Notes: generated from the letters alone by a model not told the origin. 64,000 bases of DNA from Azolla caroliniana (GCA_043228905.1 JBHGNT010000001.1:28644001-28708000), one strand, 5' to 3'; counted from the first letter of the stretch, positions 29,372 to 44,600 are shown. Program-made: numbers and translations.

Positions 29372-32300
29372 ATGGTGATGATGGCCGTGCCCCTGCTCCT
29401 GCCCCCCTCCTCCTCACCATTAGCAGGGAAAGAGCTACCCCCAAGCTGCTTCTTTGGCATTCTCTCCCCATCCTTTCTCCATCGGAGCCCCCCCACTGCT
29501 CACATCAAGCTGCTCCCTTCCATGGCTGTCGTGGCTGCTGCACAGGTGGTGATGGTTGAACAGCACACTCCGCAAGAAGAACGAGGTGGAGGAGAAGAAG
29601 CAGCAGGAACATGGGGAGGAGCGGGTGCAGAGACGAAGTGGAAGAAGAAGATGATCCCTTATTCGAGAAGGCCCAGCCTTCAGTACTTCAGCGGACACGT
29701 GAAGAAACACCGGTATCTCCCACCGAGGAACCCTTCCCACCAGCTCGGGAACAGGCATGGTGGCGGTGGTGATCGAGAAGCTCATACCCAGCATTCACAG
29801 AATACCACCTCCATGACGAAGATAATCGAGAAGCTGCGTGGCATCATGGAGGTTAAAGAATTAGGTAAATCAGAGTCACATATAGAAGAGGAGGACAAAG
29901 CAGATGAAATGTCATTGCCTCACGAGCTGCATTCCGCAGGAGAGCTTTTTCTTCCCAAGCCTGATACTGATTTATTTTCTCTTGGAAGATTCTGGAGTGC
30001 ACCAAAAGATCAGGTCTTCCCATGGGAGCTTCATGACACCACAATGGAGAAGAAATTAGAAAAGGAAGAGAGAATCAAGAGGGTAAATGCACCCACCCTC
30101 GCTGACCTCATCATTCCTCCTCCTGAATTGAAACGGCTTCGTACTCTCGGTATCTCATTGCAAAATCCAGTGAAGGTCGGGCGGTTAGGGATCACAAGCA
30201 ATATCGCACATAGTATCATGCAAAGATGGCGCCATTCTGAGCTTGTCAAAGTAAAATGCCAAGGACCAGCCGCGGAGAATATGCTGAAAATACATAGAGA
30301 TTTAGAGGTGAGTTCTTCCTTTATATCCCGCTGCTTACAATGTCAACAGTCGGAGATGATGATTTTATGCTATGCATTCTATTATGCTTATATCCGACAA
30401 GTCCGATTCTTCATTTTTTTCTTTTTAAAACCAGAGGAGGACTGGAGGCTTGGTCGTTTGGAGATCTGGGAGTGTTGCAGTGGTTTATAGAGGCAGTGAT
30501 TTCGACATTGCAAGCAATGTCTCCACCAGCTTGGAAAGCAAGTTAGAGAATTTCATCACTCATGGAAAACCATTCGAGTTAACTCATGCAGGTGTGCATG
30601 AGGTCAGTGGAATTACAATTGATCCTCATTTGGAATCAACTGGTAAGCAGATGAAGAACATAACAGGAGTTAAGCAGGGTAATGATGCTGCCACGAATGA
30701 AGGCAATGTTTTTGTCATTGCACAGCGTCTCAGAATGTTAAATGTTCGACCAAATCCTTTTATTGAAATAGAACATGAAATGGAAATCGATGGTATCTTA
30801 GAAAGTGTGGGACCTCGGTACAAGGGATGGGAAGGCATGCCGCCAGCCCCAGTGGATGCAGACCTTCTTCCTTCTGAGATTCCCGATTACAGGCCTCCAC
30901 ACAGACTTCTTCCTTATGGGGTTGAACCGAAACTAACGAATTATGAGGAAACCAATCTTCGCAGGTTTATCAGACACATCGCCCCTCATTTTGCATTAGG
31001 TATTCCTTCTAAGAAACGCAACCTTTCAAGTACCTGAAGCTCTAATATTTCTGCACATGAGACATGCATTATTATTTACTAAGGGCATCATACCGCTGGT
31101 TTTGGCAATTCAACTTGTGCAGTGTTTATGTTTCTTGCCCAAAATTATTGACATGTGTTTGGATCATTCGAGAGAATTTCTACATATTTTGCAAGAAGCA
31201 AGTTATTTAATATCCTAAGACCCTTTAAAGTATAGGATGAAAATGAATTGATGTTTTAATTATGGCGCTACATGAACCAGAGAATATGAAGTTAAAAAAA
31301 TGATGTTTGTAATTTTGATAATGGATCCTCAAGATTATCATGTAAATGCTTATCATGTATAGTTGATGAATATGAAAACGTTTTGCCAGTTTATATTTTG
31401 TATTTTATAATATGAAAAATAATTTTGTTCTCCATGTAACTTGATGTTTGGCATTCTTGATTTAACCAATCTTTCCTGTATATTAATGAAGGTAGGAACA
31501 CCGGTCTTCAAGGTCTTGCTGCTGGTATACTGAAATTATGGGAAAAGAGTGAAGTTGTGAAGATTGGTTTGAAGAAAAATGTACGGAACATGAACAATGA
31601 AACAATGGCCGAAGAGCTAAAGGTCCAGCCATGCCATGCATTTATCACCTTTGAGGTTTTAAGAGTTTGAAGTTTTACTTTTGCTTATTTGAAGACGTTT
31701 TGCTCAATAAACAGCGACTCACAGGAGGGGATCTTCTGGCTCGAGACGAATATTTCATAACGCTCTATAGAGGAAATGACTTTCTACCTCAACAAGTGGC
31801 ATCTGCCCTAGCAGAAAGATCCATAATGTTGAGTTCGCAAAAGGTTCGAGAGGATGATGGAATTGAAATCCAGCCGAATAAGACTCCTACAATAGGAAAA
31901 CAGGGTCTAACAGAAAATATTGCTGGTATTGAAAGGAAGTCTGAGGAGTCGAGACATTTTCTATTGGCACAAAGCTTAGAAGCAAAGCTTGCTATAGTAA
32001 GTAACAGTCATGACTATATTATACTGTATGCTGAATTTGCATGTGCATGTTTTCCTTGATGCAATGGTACTGATACTTCATGCTTGAAACTGGTAGGCAA
32101 TCAGAAAGAAAGAAACAGCACAGCAAGCCTTGAAAAACCTGGAGGATATTTTCATGCCTGTTTATCAATCTGCTGAGAAAGAAACTATCACAAAAGAAGA
32201 AATGTATGTGCACAGAAAGCATGGTTTGGAGATGTCAGCATTTCTTCGTATAGGTGCGTTATGATCATGGCACCAAGTGTAATATACTTTACCTAGAAAT

Positions 32301-35289
32301 TTCTGTTTTCATGTGAAGCACATCGCAGGTAGACGTGGTGTTTTTGATGGTGTTATTGAGAATATGCACTCGCATTGGAAAAACAGGGAGCTTGTTAAGT
32401 TGATTGTGCAAGAGATGGATCAAGAACGATTACAGAGGATAGCCAGAATGCTAGAATATGCAAGTGGAGGGGTATTAATAGCTATAGTGGCTACATTAAA
32501 AGGCCAAGCCATAATAATGTATCGAGGTAAGGATTATGAGGGCTCATCATCTTCGCAGCCACACAATCTCCTTTCCAAGAAAGAGGCACTCAAAAGATCT
32601 GTGGAGATGAGGCGCTGTGTGGTATGGACTCAAACCGTTACTCGTAAATAGCATTCTTGCACTCTGTTTGACATTGTACGAAAAATATTGTTTGTTGGCA
32701 AATTATTTATATGTGATTGAGTTTTATTTGTGACTACGTGGATATTAGATTGATCTATCAGCTTTACCAATCATAGGTTGTTTTGGCATATGGTTCATCA
32801 GTATGAGAAATCTTCTGATAGAGAATGCTCTTGAATATCTAAGGGAAGACATTCCAATATTTAGAAAAGCAAGAAGTTGAGAATACAATCTGCAATAGAG
32901 AATGCACTTGAATGTCTAAGGGGAGACATTCCATTATTGAGATAAGCAAGAAGGATAGAATACAATGTGCAATCTCTTTAAATACCTGGGAGAGGTAAAA
33001 CATGAACATATCAGCCTGTGAATGCTGTCATAAGGTGATGCTGTTTGACATCAATGTTCTCTAAAGCGCTGCATTGGGCATTTTTCTCGATCATAGGCAA
33101 TGATATGATGTATCATCTGGTGCAGGCAATATCTTCTATATGATGATCTGCATTCCTCTAGTATATTGGGCGAGCCAAATGAAAATACTGGGCAAGCGAT
33201 ATCCCTCTATGAGGGGCTGGTTGTGTGTTAGAGCTAGCTACTAATGTAAGCATATGATAAGGATTTAATCGATAAATAGATAAGAAAGGAGAGAGAGAAA
33301 GAAGGGTGCCGATCCACCCAACCACCCCCGAGCGAAGGGATTGAGACGAACTCGAGCCTCGATCGGCGTCCTATACCACCGCTGTGGCATAGAGTTGTAC
33401 CTTGTGCTGGAGCGCTTGATACAAGGGTTGACCCACCACAATGACAGAGTCTCAATGTAGTCGATAAGGTATCAAATGAGGTTAGCTAGGCCTCATATTT
33501 ATAGCCAGACCAAAGGGCCCCAAGCAAGTTCACACTTGGCCTAATGGGTTGTCCCAATCCCAAGGATTAAAAGTAATCCTTTCCTTCTTTACACTCTCGT
33601 TTAACCCTCACACTTTATCCACGTGTATTGAATACTATGGTAAAACTTACCACGGGATATGGTCATGCCTGTAACATTATGCTTATTTGATGTACTTTGG
33701 CATGGCATTTTGAAGAAGTTGACAAGTCCTCAGCAGAGACTTTCTAAATCTACAGATCCTCATCACACAGTCGAAGATAGAGATAGATAGAGCAGAATAT
33801 TTTGTCTCTATTTCTTTTCCTATTTTTTCCTATCTACTTTTCTCACTTCTGCTGCACTGTCATTTCCTTATATTCCTCATCACACAGTCGAAGATAGAGA
33901 TAGATAGAGCAGAATATTTTGTCTCTATTTCTTTTCCTATTTTTTCCTATCTACTTTTCTCACTTCTGCTGCAATGTCATTTCCTTATATTTTAGACACA
34001 ACTGCATGCCGGAATGGACAATCACAATCTTAAATCTACACTTGCATTTATGACGTAATAATTTGAAGGTCGCAACAAATCATCTGTGAATGCATTTTTA
34101 ACAGGACCGATTTGCTAGTCTTGATACTGCGATTTCAGCGTGCTTAGTTTTTTCTTCCAGAAATCTATTTGCTTTGTTAGCTTATAACAAGTGGTTTATT
34201 GTCAACAATTTTGATGGATATTACTTGTTTTTCTTTAGAAACATGCTCTTATTTATACAGTCATTTGCTTCTTCCTGGTTGCAGTCATTATTGAAACACA
34301 TTCAAGCTTTGGAGAAGGAGATAAATAAACTGAAAGCTACTTTGGTAACCAGCTTTGCTGTGAGTACGCTGTTCATTCCTACATAATTCTTGTTGAACAT
34401 TCATTGTTTTAGTATCAAGTAGTTTGACATCCTGGGTTTTAAACAACTTTGTCTATATTTGTTTCTGTAACACATCCTTTAAGAATCTGGATTTCGATGT
34501 GATTTCATTTAGTTTAATACTCTTTTTCCTTCTCCTGGATACTCAGAGGACATTAATGGTTATTTATATGATGTTTCAGGAGCTGATTTTGGCTTCCATT
34601 AAAAATTAATTAAACTTTCTTCTCTCATTATAGGAAAAGCCAGGTGAATTGAAGTATGAAAAGACCGAAGATCAGATCAAGGCATTGAAACTACATTTAG
34701 GATCTGGATTCCGTGTTGGTAAGTAAATCAGACAGTTGTATATCCTAATAAAGTAAATCCTTATAAATTAAAACTGATAGTCCAGGCATATCCTGACAAA
34801 AGCATTCATTACATGCTTCCATATGATATGATCTATATCCAGTAAGGGTTCAAAGTAGTTAAGAAGAATATATATACCATTGCAAATTTTAGGTAAATGG
34901 TTGCACACATTACGAAGTGCTGTATAACCTCATTTGTGGTCTTTAGAAAAATGCTTTGGATCTCTGTGTTGTGCGTATACTTTGTTCTTCCTGATTTGTC
35001 TATCTTTCAGAGTTTCTCAAATTGCTATATTTATAATAGAATTAATAAAACCTTTTGCTCTTCTTAATTTTTGCCAGAGAATGTTGGCTGGGATTTGGTC
35101 GACAATAAGTCCTGTTATAGAAGCGACATGATTTGTTCTGGTATAGAGATGGCAGACAATGAAGATGACGAGGATAGTGAAACAGACGACGATGATGCTG
35201 AGAACTACTTTAGTCAGTTGTTAGATACTGAAGGTAAATCAACTTATCAAATTAGTGATGATGTAGAAGAAGTCCTTCATCAACAATGA
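29372..35289 (+). CDS. Three-CRM-domain organellar group II intron splicing factor (CRS1/CFM2/CFM3 family)
   Basis: Exons ~29372-30307, 30435-30999, 31492-31622, 31715-31996, 32097-32253, 32329-32621, 34285-34343, 34634-34718 and 35078-35289. Motifs include [71 protein letters not shown] and [24 protein letters not shown]. The N-terminus is Ser/Pro-rich and transit-peptide-like. The start Met is uncertain. Confidence 0.92.
33226..33676 (-). mobile_element. Probable solo LTR in a CRM gene intron
   Basis: 451 bp with TGTTA...TAACA ends, flanked by ttgtg/ttatg (5-bp TSD with 1 mismatch). TATAAATA lies on the minus strand near 33497. Confidence 0.65.
33758..33990. repeat. ~116-bp tandem duplication in an intron
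   Basis: cctcatcacacagtcgaagatagag...gtcatttccttatatt occurs twice, nearly identical. Confidence 0.9.
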
Positions 35290-37346
35290 GTGGTGTGAAT
35301 TGATTGAAGTGAATGACATCAATCTCAGATGACAAATATGGTATTGGTGACGAGTGAGTGAAGGGTTCAGGCGATGGTTACTTTTGTGAATGTTGAAATT
35401 AAATTCATACTGGATGATATTTGACTCCTTTATTGCCTCGGGGGAGATGTAATATCAATGATTGTCAAGCAGGTATGTAACATAATCAATCACTGGAAAC
35501 CTGCCATACTGCAATTTATCTAGTTCTGGGAAGACAGATGATATGATTTACGTCACAACATTTGGAAGAGGGATTGAACTCATAGCTTGTAAGATATGTT
35601 ATTGGAATAATGTGTTACCGGGGAAAGAATTAGTGTTTGTGCATACTACCTCCTTTCCAGATCCCAGCTTGACTGCATCATTTGTACACGAAATAGTTTT
35701 CACATGTGTTACATCCTCAAAAACCTGAGCCTTGATAATATTCTAGTGGAACTATGCCAGTTTATTGTCGCTCCACAAGTATCTACACAAACTACTGAAG
35801 CATGGTATGTGAATTCAAGCTCCAACATGATTCCAATTATCCTAATTCACCAATATATTCCTCACAATGTAGTAAATTTAGTGAAATATGAATCCAGGTT
35901 AATAAAGGTACAGCTTCCTATCAGTGCAATCCCCAGAGAGAGGGAGAGTTACTTTTAACATCCTCAAGAGACCAATTGGGATCTATAAGATGGGCCTACC
36001 CAAAGAGAGGGAGAAGTTTTTTTTAACATCCTCAAGAGACCAATTGAGATCTATAAAATGGGCCTAGACATGAACAAGGACCCTTCAAGTTTACATGAAT
36101 GCAAAATGATGCATTACCCATCAAGGTGTGGGTGATATTATTATAAATTTGTTTAGCAAGGTCTTGCACAATATCTGTCAAACACCATATCTTCTGAAGT
36201 ATTTTGTCTGTGATCCATCCCTTGAACCATTCTGAATATTTAACACCCAGTTAAAGGAAAATAATCAATCTTTATTTTCTTATCTTTAATCCTCTGCAAA
36301 TACGTTTCATGTGCTTATTGGTAGTGAATGCATGCCCATTTTTTTGACATTTGCTGCATGTCTAGTTTATTATTATTATTATTTCTTTACATACACTGAT
36401 TGTCCATCAATTACATTTTTAGCTACATTAGGTCTGAGTCATGTTTGTTACCCAATAGGGTTGTGATATGAGGCAATGATATCTCCAAATTCAAGAGATG
36501 TAATCATATCAGCTTGCTCATTAATTTAATAAGAAGAGCCATGTTGTATTGCCGTTTTAGGGTTTAGGGTCTAGAAAACATAACGATTAAACTTATTTTC
36601 ATCCTCAAAATAGGTAGTTATGACAAGTTATTCATAACCAAGGGCAATTGCATCTTTAGTTCATACTGTAGATTGGAGAGAATGTGCCATTCAAACAAGC
36701 TAAGTCCTAAGTCCCACATGACCAAGGACAATTGCACTTTTTGTTCATCTGTGTAAATTGGAGAGGGTGTGCCTTTCAAACAAGTGAAGTTCTTGTGATG
36801 CTTGAGCAAGCACGCCCTTTGTCTGCTGAGGAATGCTAACATATTCTAGAAGTTAAGACATAACTACTCACTTCTTCAATATGCTATATACGAAGTATAA
36901 AGTTGCGATATGGTTCACCTACTTGTGGCCCCTGGCAGAGACCATAGAGACATAAACACTTGGCAGATTCTATGGTTTTTGTATGTAGACACAACACTAG
37001 CAACATAACAAAAAGATGTGTCAGTTAGGTTTGTGTCCTGACATAGATCTAAAGGCAGTGATACTATCTAGCACTTTAAAGCAATCAGGGAATTTTGAAT
37101 CCTGGTGCATGGATTCATAGGTCATGAATTACCACATTTTCAAATCCAATGATTAAAAAAAATAGAGAATTAAAAAATAAATTTGAATTAAATTACACTA
37201 AAAAAGAGAGTGGCGTTATAGGAAACATACTTCCATCATGAGAGAAGTTAATATCATATACAGACTCATCATGAAATTGCTTTATAATATCATCAAAAAC
37301 TTTCTGATTATATATGACCATGTGTGTATAGTGTATATGGTAAACA

Positions 37347-39460
37347 TCACAGTTTTAGTACAGGTGCCTCGAGATCTGGTCTTTCATCTGGCATTTCACT
37401 TCTGAAGTATATTTTCATGCGAAGGAAGTAAAATAAAAAACAAAAGATGAGACTGATATCCAACTTTAGAGAGAAATAAATTTGACTTTAACTTCAAGTG
37501 GGCATGAAAAACAAAAAGCACAATATACGTACTTGAAAGCATTTGGATATCGAGCACTGAGCCGAGATTTCAAACTTCTGAAAGAAAAGACGGACGAAAC
37601 TTAGCTCCCTGGTTACTGTCTTGATAATGTAAAGTCTAGCTTAAAAACAATGTATTGCCTGATGCGAGTGAAAATGTAGTCCAAATCCTCTTTCATTGAT
37701 TTCACAAGCTTTGTATTTTTTGAGAAATCATTTGCAACAGCAGCAAAGCTCCGTTCAGAAAAATCATTGAGATGTGACAGCACTGCATTGCTGTCCTGTA
37801 ATCTTCCAAGCCTGCAACGAAATCATGAATCCTCTTAATACAAGAAATGAATATCTTCACTATTCTGACTGAATTTCATGCTTCATGCAGAAATTGAGAT
37901 CGAGATTTACTGTGTCAAAGACTCATTACAATTTATGATGAACTCAAGAAAATCCAAAAGGATGGGAATGAAGGGATCAACGATAAAAGACCTAAATTTA
38001 AAGATTTTATGTGACAAAGGAATATAGGACAACCGTTGCTAAAAAGTAAATGCTTACAAAGTCAAATGCACTATCCATGGGAATGCTAATGAATAGATTG
38101 GATTCTAAAATGCAACAGGGATTTCTCTACTTGGGTATAAGAAAAGAAGGAATTCATACTACTTGGATATTGGGGATATGAGGGAGGGCTACATTAAGCC
38201 ATGTAGATCCCATCATTCCTTTCAAATCCAAACATCATTGCCCACAGGACAGTAATCTGAATGTATAACCGTGGAGACCATCTCACTCTGTAGATCAATG
38301 TAGTGCAAGAAAGCCAACCAGAACACGTCTGTGACAACCAATATAAAAGGAAGTCTCACAAACATTTCACGTATTGGAGACTACATCTCTTACAAACAAC
38401 CTGACCATCTGGAAGATCTGAAGGAAACCCCTGCAAAATAGCTGGCGGGGACATCAATGGCAACACTCCAGGAAATGTCATTGTATATGGCAATCAAATA
38501 TCCATCAAAGGAAGAAGTAAACATCTACAGGAAGTAAGAGCAGGTGGGTTCCACATCCTAACAGATTATGAGTATGATCAACTAACTGTCAGTCCTGAGA
38601 AAAAAGGTAAGCTGATATAGAGCATCACAAACAGCTGCTGAAACCAGAGTAAAAAACTTCCAGGGGGCAGTAAGATGTCAATTTCACCTCCGATTTAAGA
38701 TATACTAATGATTTTATATAAATAAAGAAAAATATACTTAAAACTTTCACTTGTTATGACTTAATTTCAGATCAAGGAAACGTGATTGGTCCTGAACAAA
38801 AAAATTCACAACTTTCCTGTGAAGATGGTTGTATGCCAACATATCCATGGATTGTAATCTCCCTTGCACTAGATGCCAATTGGTATAACGCTGCCCATGT
38901 TACATGTCAACGGAGAGCCATGGGCTGATCCGACTGCTCAGAATGCATGGTCAACAGCCTGACAAAGAAAAAAGGTAACCGCTTTGCACACAACTCATCA
39001 GAGAAGCGTGAACGAGGACACATGATTTGCATGTACTGGGAACAACAGGATGCACGAATTTCACAAGACGAACCAATCTGACCATGATAGGCTAATTAGT
39101 TGTTTCGGGTATATGATCATGATGGTCTCTGTCTCTCATATCTGTGGCAGTTTTCTTTCAGGTGTCCGTCAATAGGTTAGTAATTAGAGTTTTATTTAGT
39201 TCTACTTAGAACGACAGACAGACAGACAGACAGACACACACACACACAGAAGGAGAGGAGAAGGGACGCACTTACACAAGGAGCTGCAGCCGCCTGAGCT
39301 CTTCCACATCGGATTGGTGGAGGATATGTTCCAGCTCCTGCGCAGCTTGGTGAGATGCCGAAGCAATAATCGCCGCTTCATCTTTCGCCTTAGAGACGTC
39401 GTCTTCTGCCTTCCCCTTCCCCTTCCCCTGCTCCTCCTCCATCTCCATCTCCATCTCCAT
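37347..39460 (-). CDS. KXD1: KxDL motif-containing protein (KXD1/BORCS4-like)
   Basis: Exons 39460-39276, 37811-37659, 37577-37533 and 37401-37347 give ...LRRLQLLVLGRLQDSNAVLSHLNDFSERSFAAVANDFSKNTKLVKSMKEDLDYIFTRIRSLKSRLSARYPNAFKSEMPDERPDLEAPVLKL*. Intron 2 is GC-AG. Confidence 0.9.
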
Positions 39461-41622
39461 CTCCAGTCTCCAATCTCCAATCTCCTGTCTCCTAATTGCT
39501 AAATACTCCCAAAGACTGTCAGTATTTCACCCTGTTACAAATTGACAGTGAGGAATTTAGTCCCTACTAAACACCCTTCCCTCTGTCTCTTTTTCCGTTA
39601 AAAAGACCATGACAATACAAAATGTCCCTTCCAAAACTATATGTTGTGGTAATAATCTATGGATACCAATGAGCATCACTAACAAATCCTTTTCTCATAC
39701 TCTAATTGAACCATAGACCCCAATACCTATAGGCTATGGTAGCTATACACTATCTTATATGGTAGGGAGGATAAATCTTTAGGTTTCTCATCCTAAATAA
39801 TTGGATAAGAAAAATACATTTCCCATAGAAATGTCTCAACATTCTTCCATTGAAGCAATGTACAAGGGGGGGAGTTGACTATGACAATTAGAATCCCCAT
39901 GACCAAAGAGGGTGAAAGGGCTAATTTTAGTATCCAAGTGGGAGGATGCCAACATCTAAATGAGGATGCATGAATTGGGGAAATTGAATGATATTGGATA
40001 GCTAATTGCTCACATGTTGGTAGTGGATTATATAAAAGAGGGTAGAAGAATTTAGAGAGGATAATGATAATAAAAATGCTTGAGGGAGAGTGTTAGTGTA
40101 AAACATGTGCCAACTAACCACTTGACTCTGGTAAACTGAGGGAGTGGAGGAGTTAGTGAAGGTGACAAGTTTGTTATTAGTGTGAGCATAAACACAAGAA
40201 AAGTAAGGAAAGGACATTATGGGTAGGCAAATAAAATATAATAAATATCTGATTAATAGTACAACGACATCGAGATTGATGTTATTAACCTTGGCTATCG
40301 AGATGTAAAGCATATGAAAGCAAGGAGACAAGGTAGATTTTGCCACATGCAAAGTTCCTTAAGAATAGTATTAAGGTGCATACATAATCAAGCATAGTCA
40401 ATGATGGCCCATCGTATTCGGAAACATCAATAGCTCATTAGATCTAATCAATGAGGCATCTATCCATTAGGTTTATTGCATTATGCTTGTAAGCATTCAG
40501 AACCTTTAGTCATTCATTTTGGTTTCCCTTTTTATCTCCTTGATACATAAGCACGATGTTTATAGATTTCATACCCCCTTCCCTTACTATTTGATTCTAC
40601 TCACTTCTTACACTTCACCATCAACGTTCTCATTTGTACACAATACCACTGCCACCAAACATGACAAATTACATTTGCAAATCATGCAAAACAAATGAAA
40701 TAATCACGGTCTCATATGCATGAGCTGAAATAATAGGATTCATGCATAAATCTTGGAAGTCTGGAATGTTTATAATTTCTCTATCACTCGCATGAAGAAT
40801 TGCAAATAAAGTGATAGTATATGCACTATACCTTTGAGACTACCATATTACAGCATGTCTTCATGAAGTTCATTTGCATCACTAGATAATGGTATAAAAC
40901 CAATTCCATTGTATGCCATGACACCATAATAATAGGAAATGGAAAGAACGAACACTACTATCGAGGGAATCTTGGTACCACTAGTCATATCTAGATAGTT
41001 GATTTCCTGAAGGTGTTGATGAGATGACGAAAAACATCACAAACTCGGTGTTTTCAGTCCATAATATGGTCCACGTTAGTTAAACAAATATTATAGCATT
41101 ATAGCAGAAACTTTTATTTTTTGCCATGATTTCTCACTTTTGTCTTTAAATCATATCATCCTTGGATGGTAAAAAATCATCCCAATTGTTATAGTTGTAG
41201 GTTCAGGGAAGAACTAAGGTTACAACAGAACTAAGTTGGAATCATAGAATTGTCACCCATTTCCGAAGATACATAGACATATCACATAGGTCTGTTGCAT
41301 GTATTATTGTATATTCTTTTGATCTGTGCCAATCCAGAAATAAGAATTCTGTTCACATACTGTATATTTCTTCAGGTTACACCCATCCAGTTGACCGTTT
41401 CTTTTTAATCTGTATTTTATCCTCTGTTATGATTCCCTATTCTTCATTGAGTACACCATCGATTAAAATTGCAACACAATTCATACACAAATGAAACATG
41501 CCAGCACCAGCACCAGCACCAGTGTCCAAAATAACTTGATGACCCGTTTGGCAACCACCAATGAGGTCCTGATTTTATGTAAGTGGGCTGGAGCCAAATA
41601 TACCACCGAGCTTAGCTCACAG

Positions 41623-44600
41623 TTATTTAACATTGAAAGAGCTACCACATCCACAGCCACCTGAAGCATTTGGATTTTGTGTCACCTGAAAACATACTCA
41701 CCTCATATTAAAAACACAACTGCAATCTGATATATTCATTCACATTACTGTAGTGTGCCTACCATGAACGAGGATCGAATCAGCTCTTCGACATAATCAA
41801 TAGTTGCACCTTTTACAAAGTCCATAGATATTTCATCTACGACAACCATTACTCCATCCTTCTTAAAAACCCTGTATAGTGATCTCTCTCTCTCTCTCTT
41901 CACACACACATACTAGATAGATCCCCATCAAGAAGGGTGAGCATATATATATATATATGTATGTATGTATGTATATATATGCATGTATTATTTTCACATA
42001 AAAACAAAAATATCCAAAAGACACATAAAAGCAAAATTTTGTGATTAGATGTCTAAAACATCACGACACCAATTGGATGCAAGATATGGAAAAATCGTTT
42101 GGAAGATAGGATGCAACATTCATGCTTCATGATACACTAGATTCCTCTGTAAATGAGGCCTTTTTACAATGCTGGTGTATCATGACATGGGAGAAATGTA
42201 GAGGGTCACGGTTCACACATTATACTACATATGTTGAACCTAACTACAAAACCATATTCTTCGCAAACAAGGAAACCGCACCCATCAATACATGTTAGAG
42301 CCCATCCCGTTTTTTGTCATCAAAACCATTGCTTCTTGGACATTGGGGCACAAGTGAGAGCAGTTGACTATGCACACTTTGCCTGAAACAAGTTTGGGAG
42401 TCTGAGTATCACACTTTGATACAATGCTCAGCATTTGACCACATTCGACCATGATTTCCACATATCTTCGACCAAACCCAATCCTTGCATGAATTTCTCT
42501 CACAATGACAATGTGCACTTTCAATTGCAACATTCTTTAATAAAGTTGTTGAGCATCAAGAGTGCTCAAGAGTTGCTACTCACTTTCACATCTATTACGT
42601 GAAAATGAAATATTTTTGGTCTCGTAGGTCATTTTTTACCTTCGAAAACGATAATAAAATCTATCTATCTATCTCTCCAAAGTTCATAGATATTTCATCT
42701 ACAACCATTACTCCACCCCTTATTTTAAAATTTGTATGTTGATCTCTCTCAGACACCCTAACACACAAAAGTCACAAGGAATACATGCGCATAGATGCAA
42801 ACATTCTCAAACAATGAATGCAAAATGTTTAGGTACTCTCATATAATCAAAGAGAGGGATTGTTTTGGAGGAGAGCATCAATGCCAATGTTCATACGAAT
42901 GTGATGAATTGAAAGTGATCTGACACTATAGAGATTTTAATAGACACCAACAGTGGCCTAAACACATTACAAATGATTGTAACCACTAAACATTCTCAAA
43001 TAGTAGAGAGGGATTGTTTTGGAAGAGAGCATCAATGCCATGTTCATATGAATGTGATGAATTGAAAGTGATCTGACACTACAGAGATTTTAATAGACAC
43101 CAACAGTGGCCTAAAAACATTACAAATGATTGTAACCACAAAACATTCTCAAATAGTGAATGCCAAAGGCTTAAGGTACTCTCATATAATCAAAGAGAGG
43201 GATTGTTTTGGATGAGAGCATCAATACCAATATTCAAATGAATGTGATGGATTGGAAGTGATCTTACACTATAGAGATTTTAATAGATACCAACGGTGGC
43301 TGTCTAAAAACATTACAAATGATTGTAAGTACTAAACATTCTCAAACAATGAATGCAACTCTTACATAATCATGGAGAGGGATTCTTTTGGATGAGAGAA
43401 TTGATCCCAATATTCACATGAATGTGATGAATTGAAAGTGATCTAGAACTATAGAGGTTTTAATAGACACCAAAAGTGGCCCAAAAACGTTACAAATGAT
43501 TGTAACTACTAGCAAGTATACTTTCTAAGAACTTACACAATATTATTTCAGCAAATGCCATGCCTCATAAACCCATGATCCCATTTACATGTATTTTAAA
43601 GCTTTTCAAGGCTTTCGAGCAGATAGAGCACAAGTGTAGGCAATTGACCTTAAGGTAATTGGCTATGTGATCTAAATGTTATTCTCAATATTTGAGTTTA
43701 TGATGTGAAATAAGTATATATAGATATAGAGGATCCAATTGCATTAAAGCTACTGAAATGGTTGAAAAAAATGTGGCCATGTAGAACAAGAAGCGCACAC
43801 CATTGCTTCAACCTATCATCTGACCATATTGAGAAAAATGAATGGATTGGGAAGGAGCTTTGTGATGGAATTGAAATATCTATGAATTGTATGGATAGCA
43901 ATTTGATTCCACTCACTTTGCATTCTGTCTCATTATAGTGAGAACAATATCTTGAATGACAACATATACAATGATTAAGGAATCTCATAGTTGATGATAA
44001 GTTCATGATACTAGAGTTCCAAGTCATCCCAAGGTATATCGGTGGCTAACCTTGTAATTTCTTCTCCTGCTTAGCAAGATGCAGAATAATTGTGAAAGGA
44101 TGCATATGACTTATTGAAGATATCATTTATCTGTGTGAGAGGAAATAAACTTCAATGGGCCAAAAATACAAGGCATATGCCAGGTTGTACCCTTCTATGA
44201 TGCCAGAGATCAAATCTTTCTGTTTTGATAAAGAGGGTATGGACATGCACATCATTGCATGTTGTGAGATATTATAGGTTGCATACCATATAGAAGGAAA
44301 GATCTGCACAAATGGTTTTAAGAAATGGAATGTCAACTACTCTACCAACCTACAAAGGGTATTTTCAAGACAGAACATTGATTGAAGGATATGCACACAT
44401 GGTTTATGACATGGAATGTTAACAAACTTCTCAACCTACCTACAATATCAAGCTTCTTTGCTGAGTAACAATATCAAGGCCATCTAAATTTGTTAAGTGT
44501 GATTATCTTTACTCAATTGGGTTTGTTTATTTCTAAAGAAGCTTGCATTGAAAATTACATCTTCTATGGGAAGTTTCCATCACCCCTAAACGACAGAAGA

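Noticed and set aside
36554-36570. TTTAGGG telomeric repeats
   Set aside because: Only two units, consistent with chance or a telo-box-like motif
42790-43510. Possible repeat-spacer array
   Set aside because: Ordinary tandem repeat whose units align end to end
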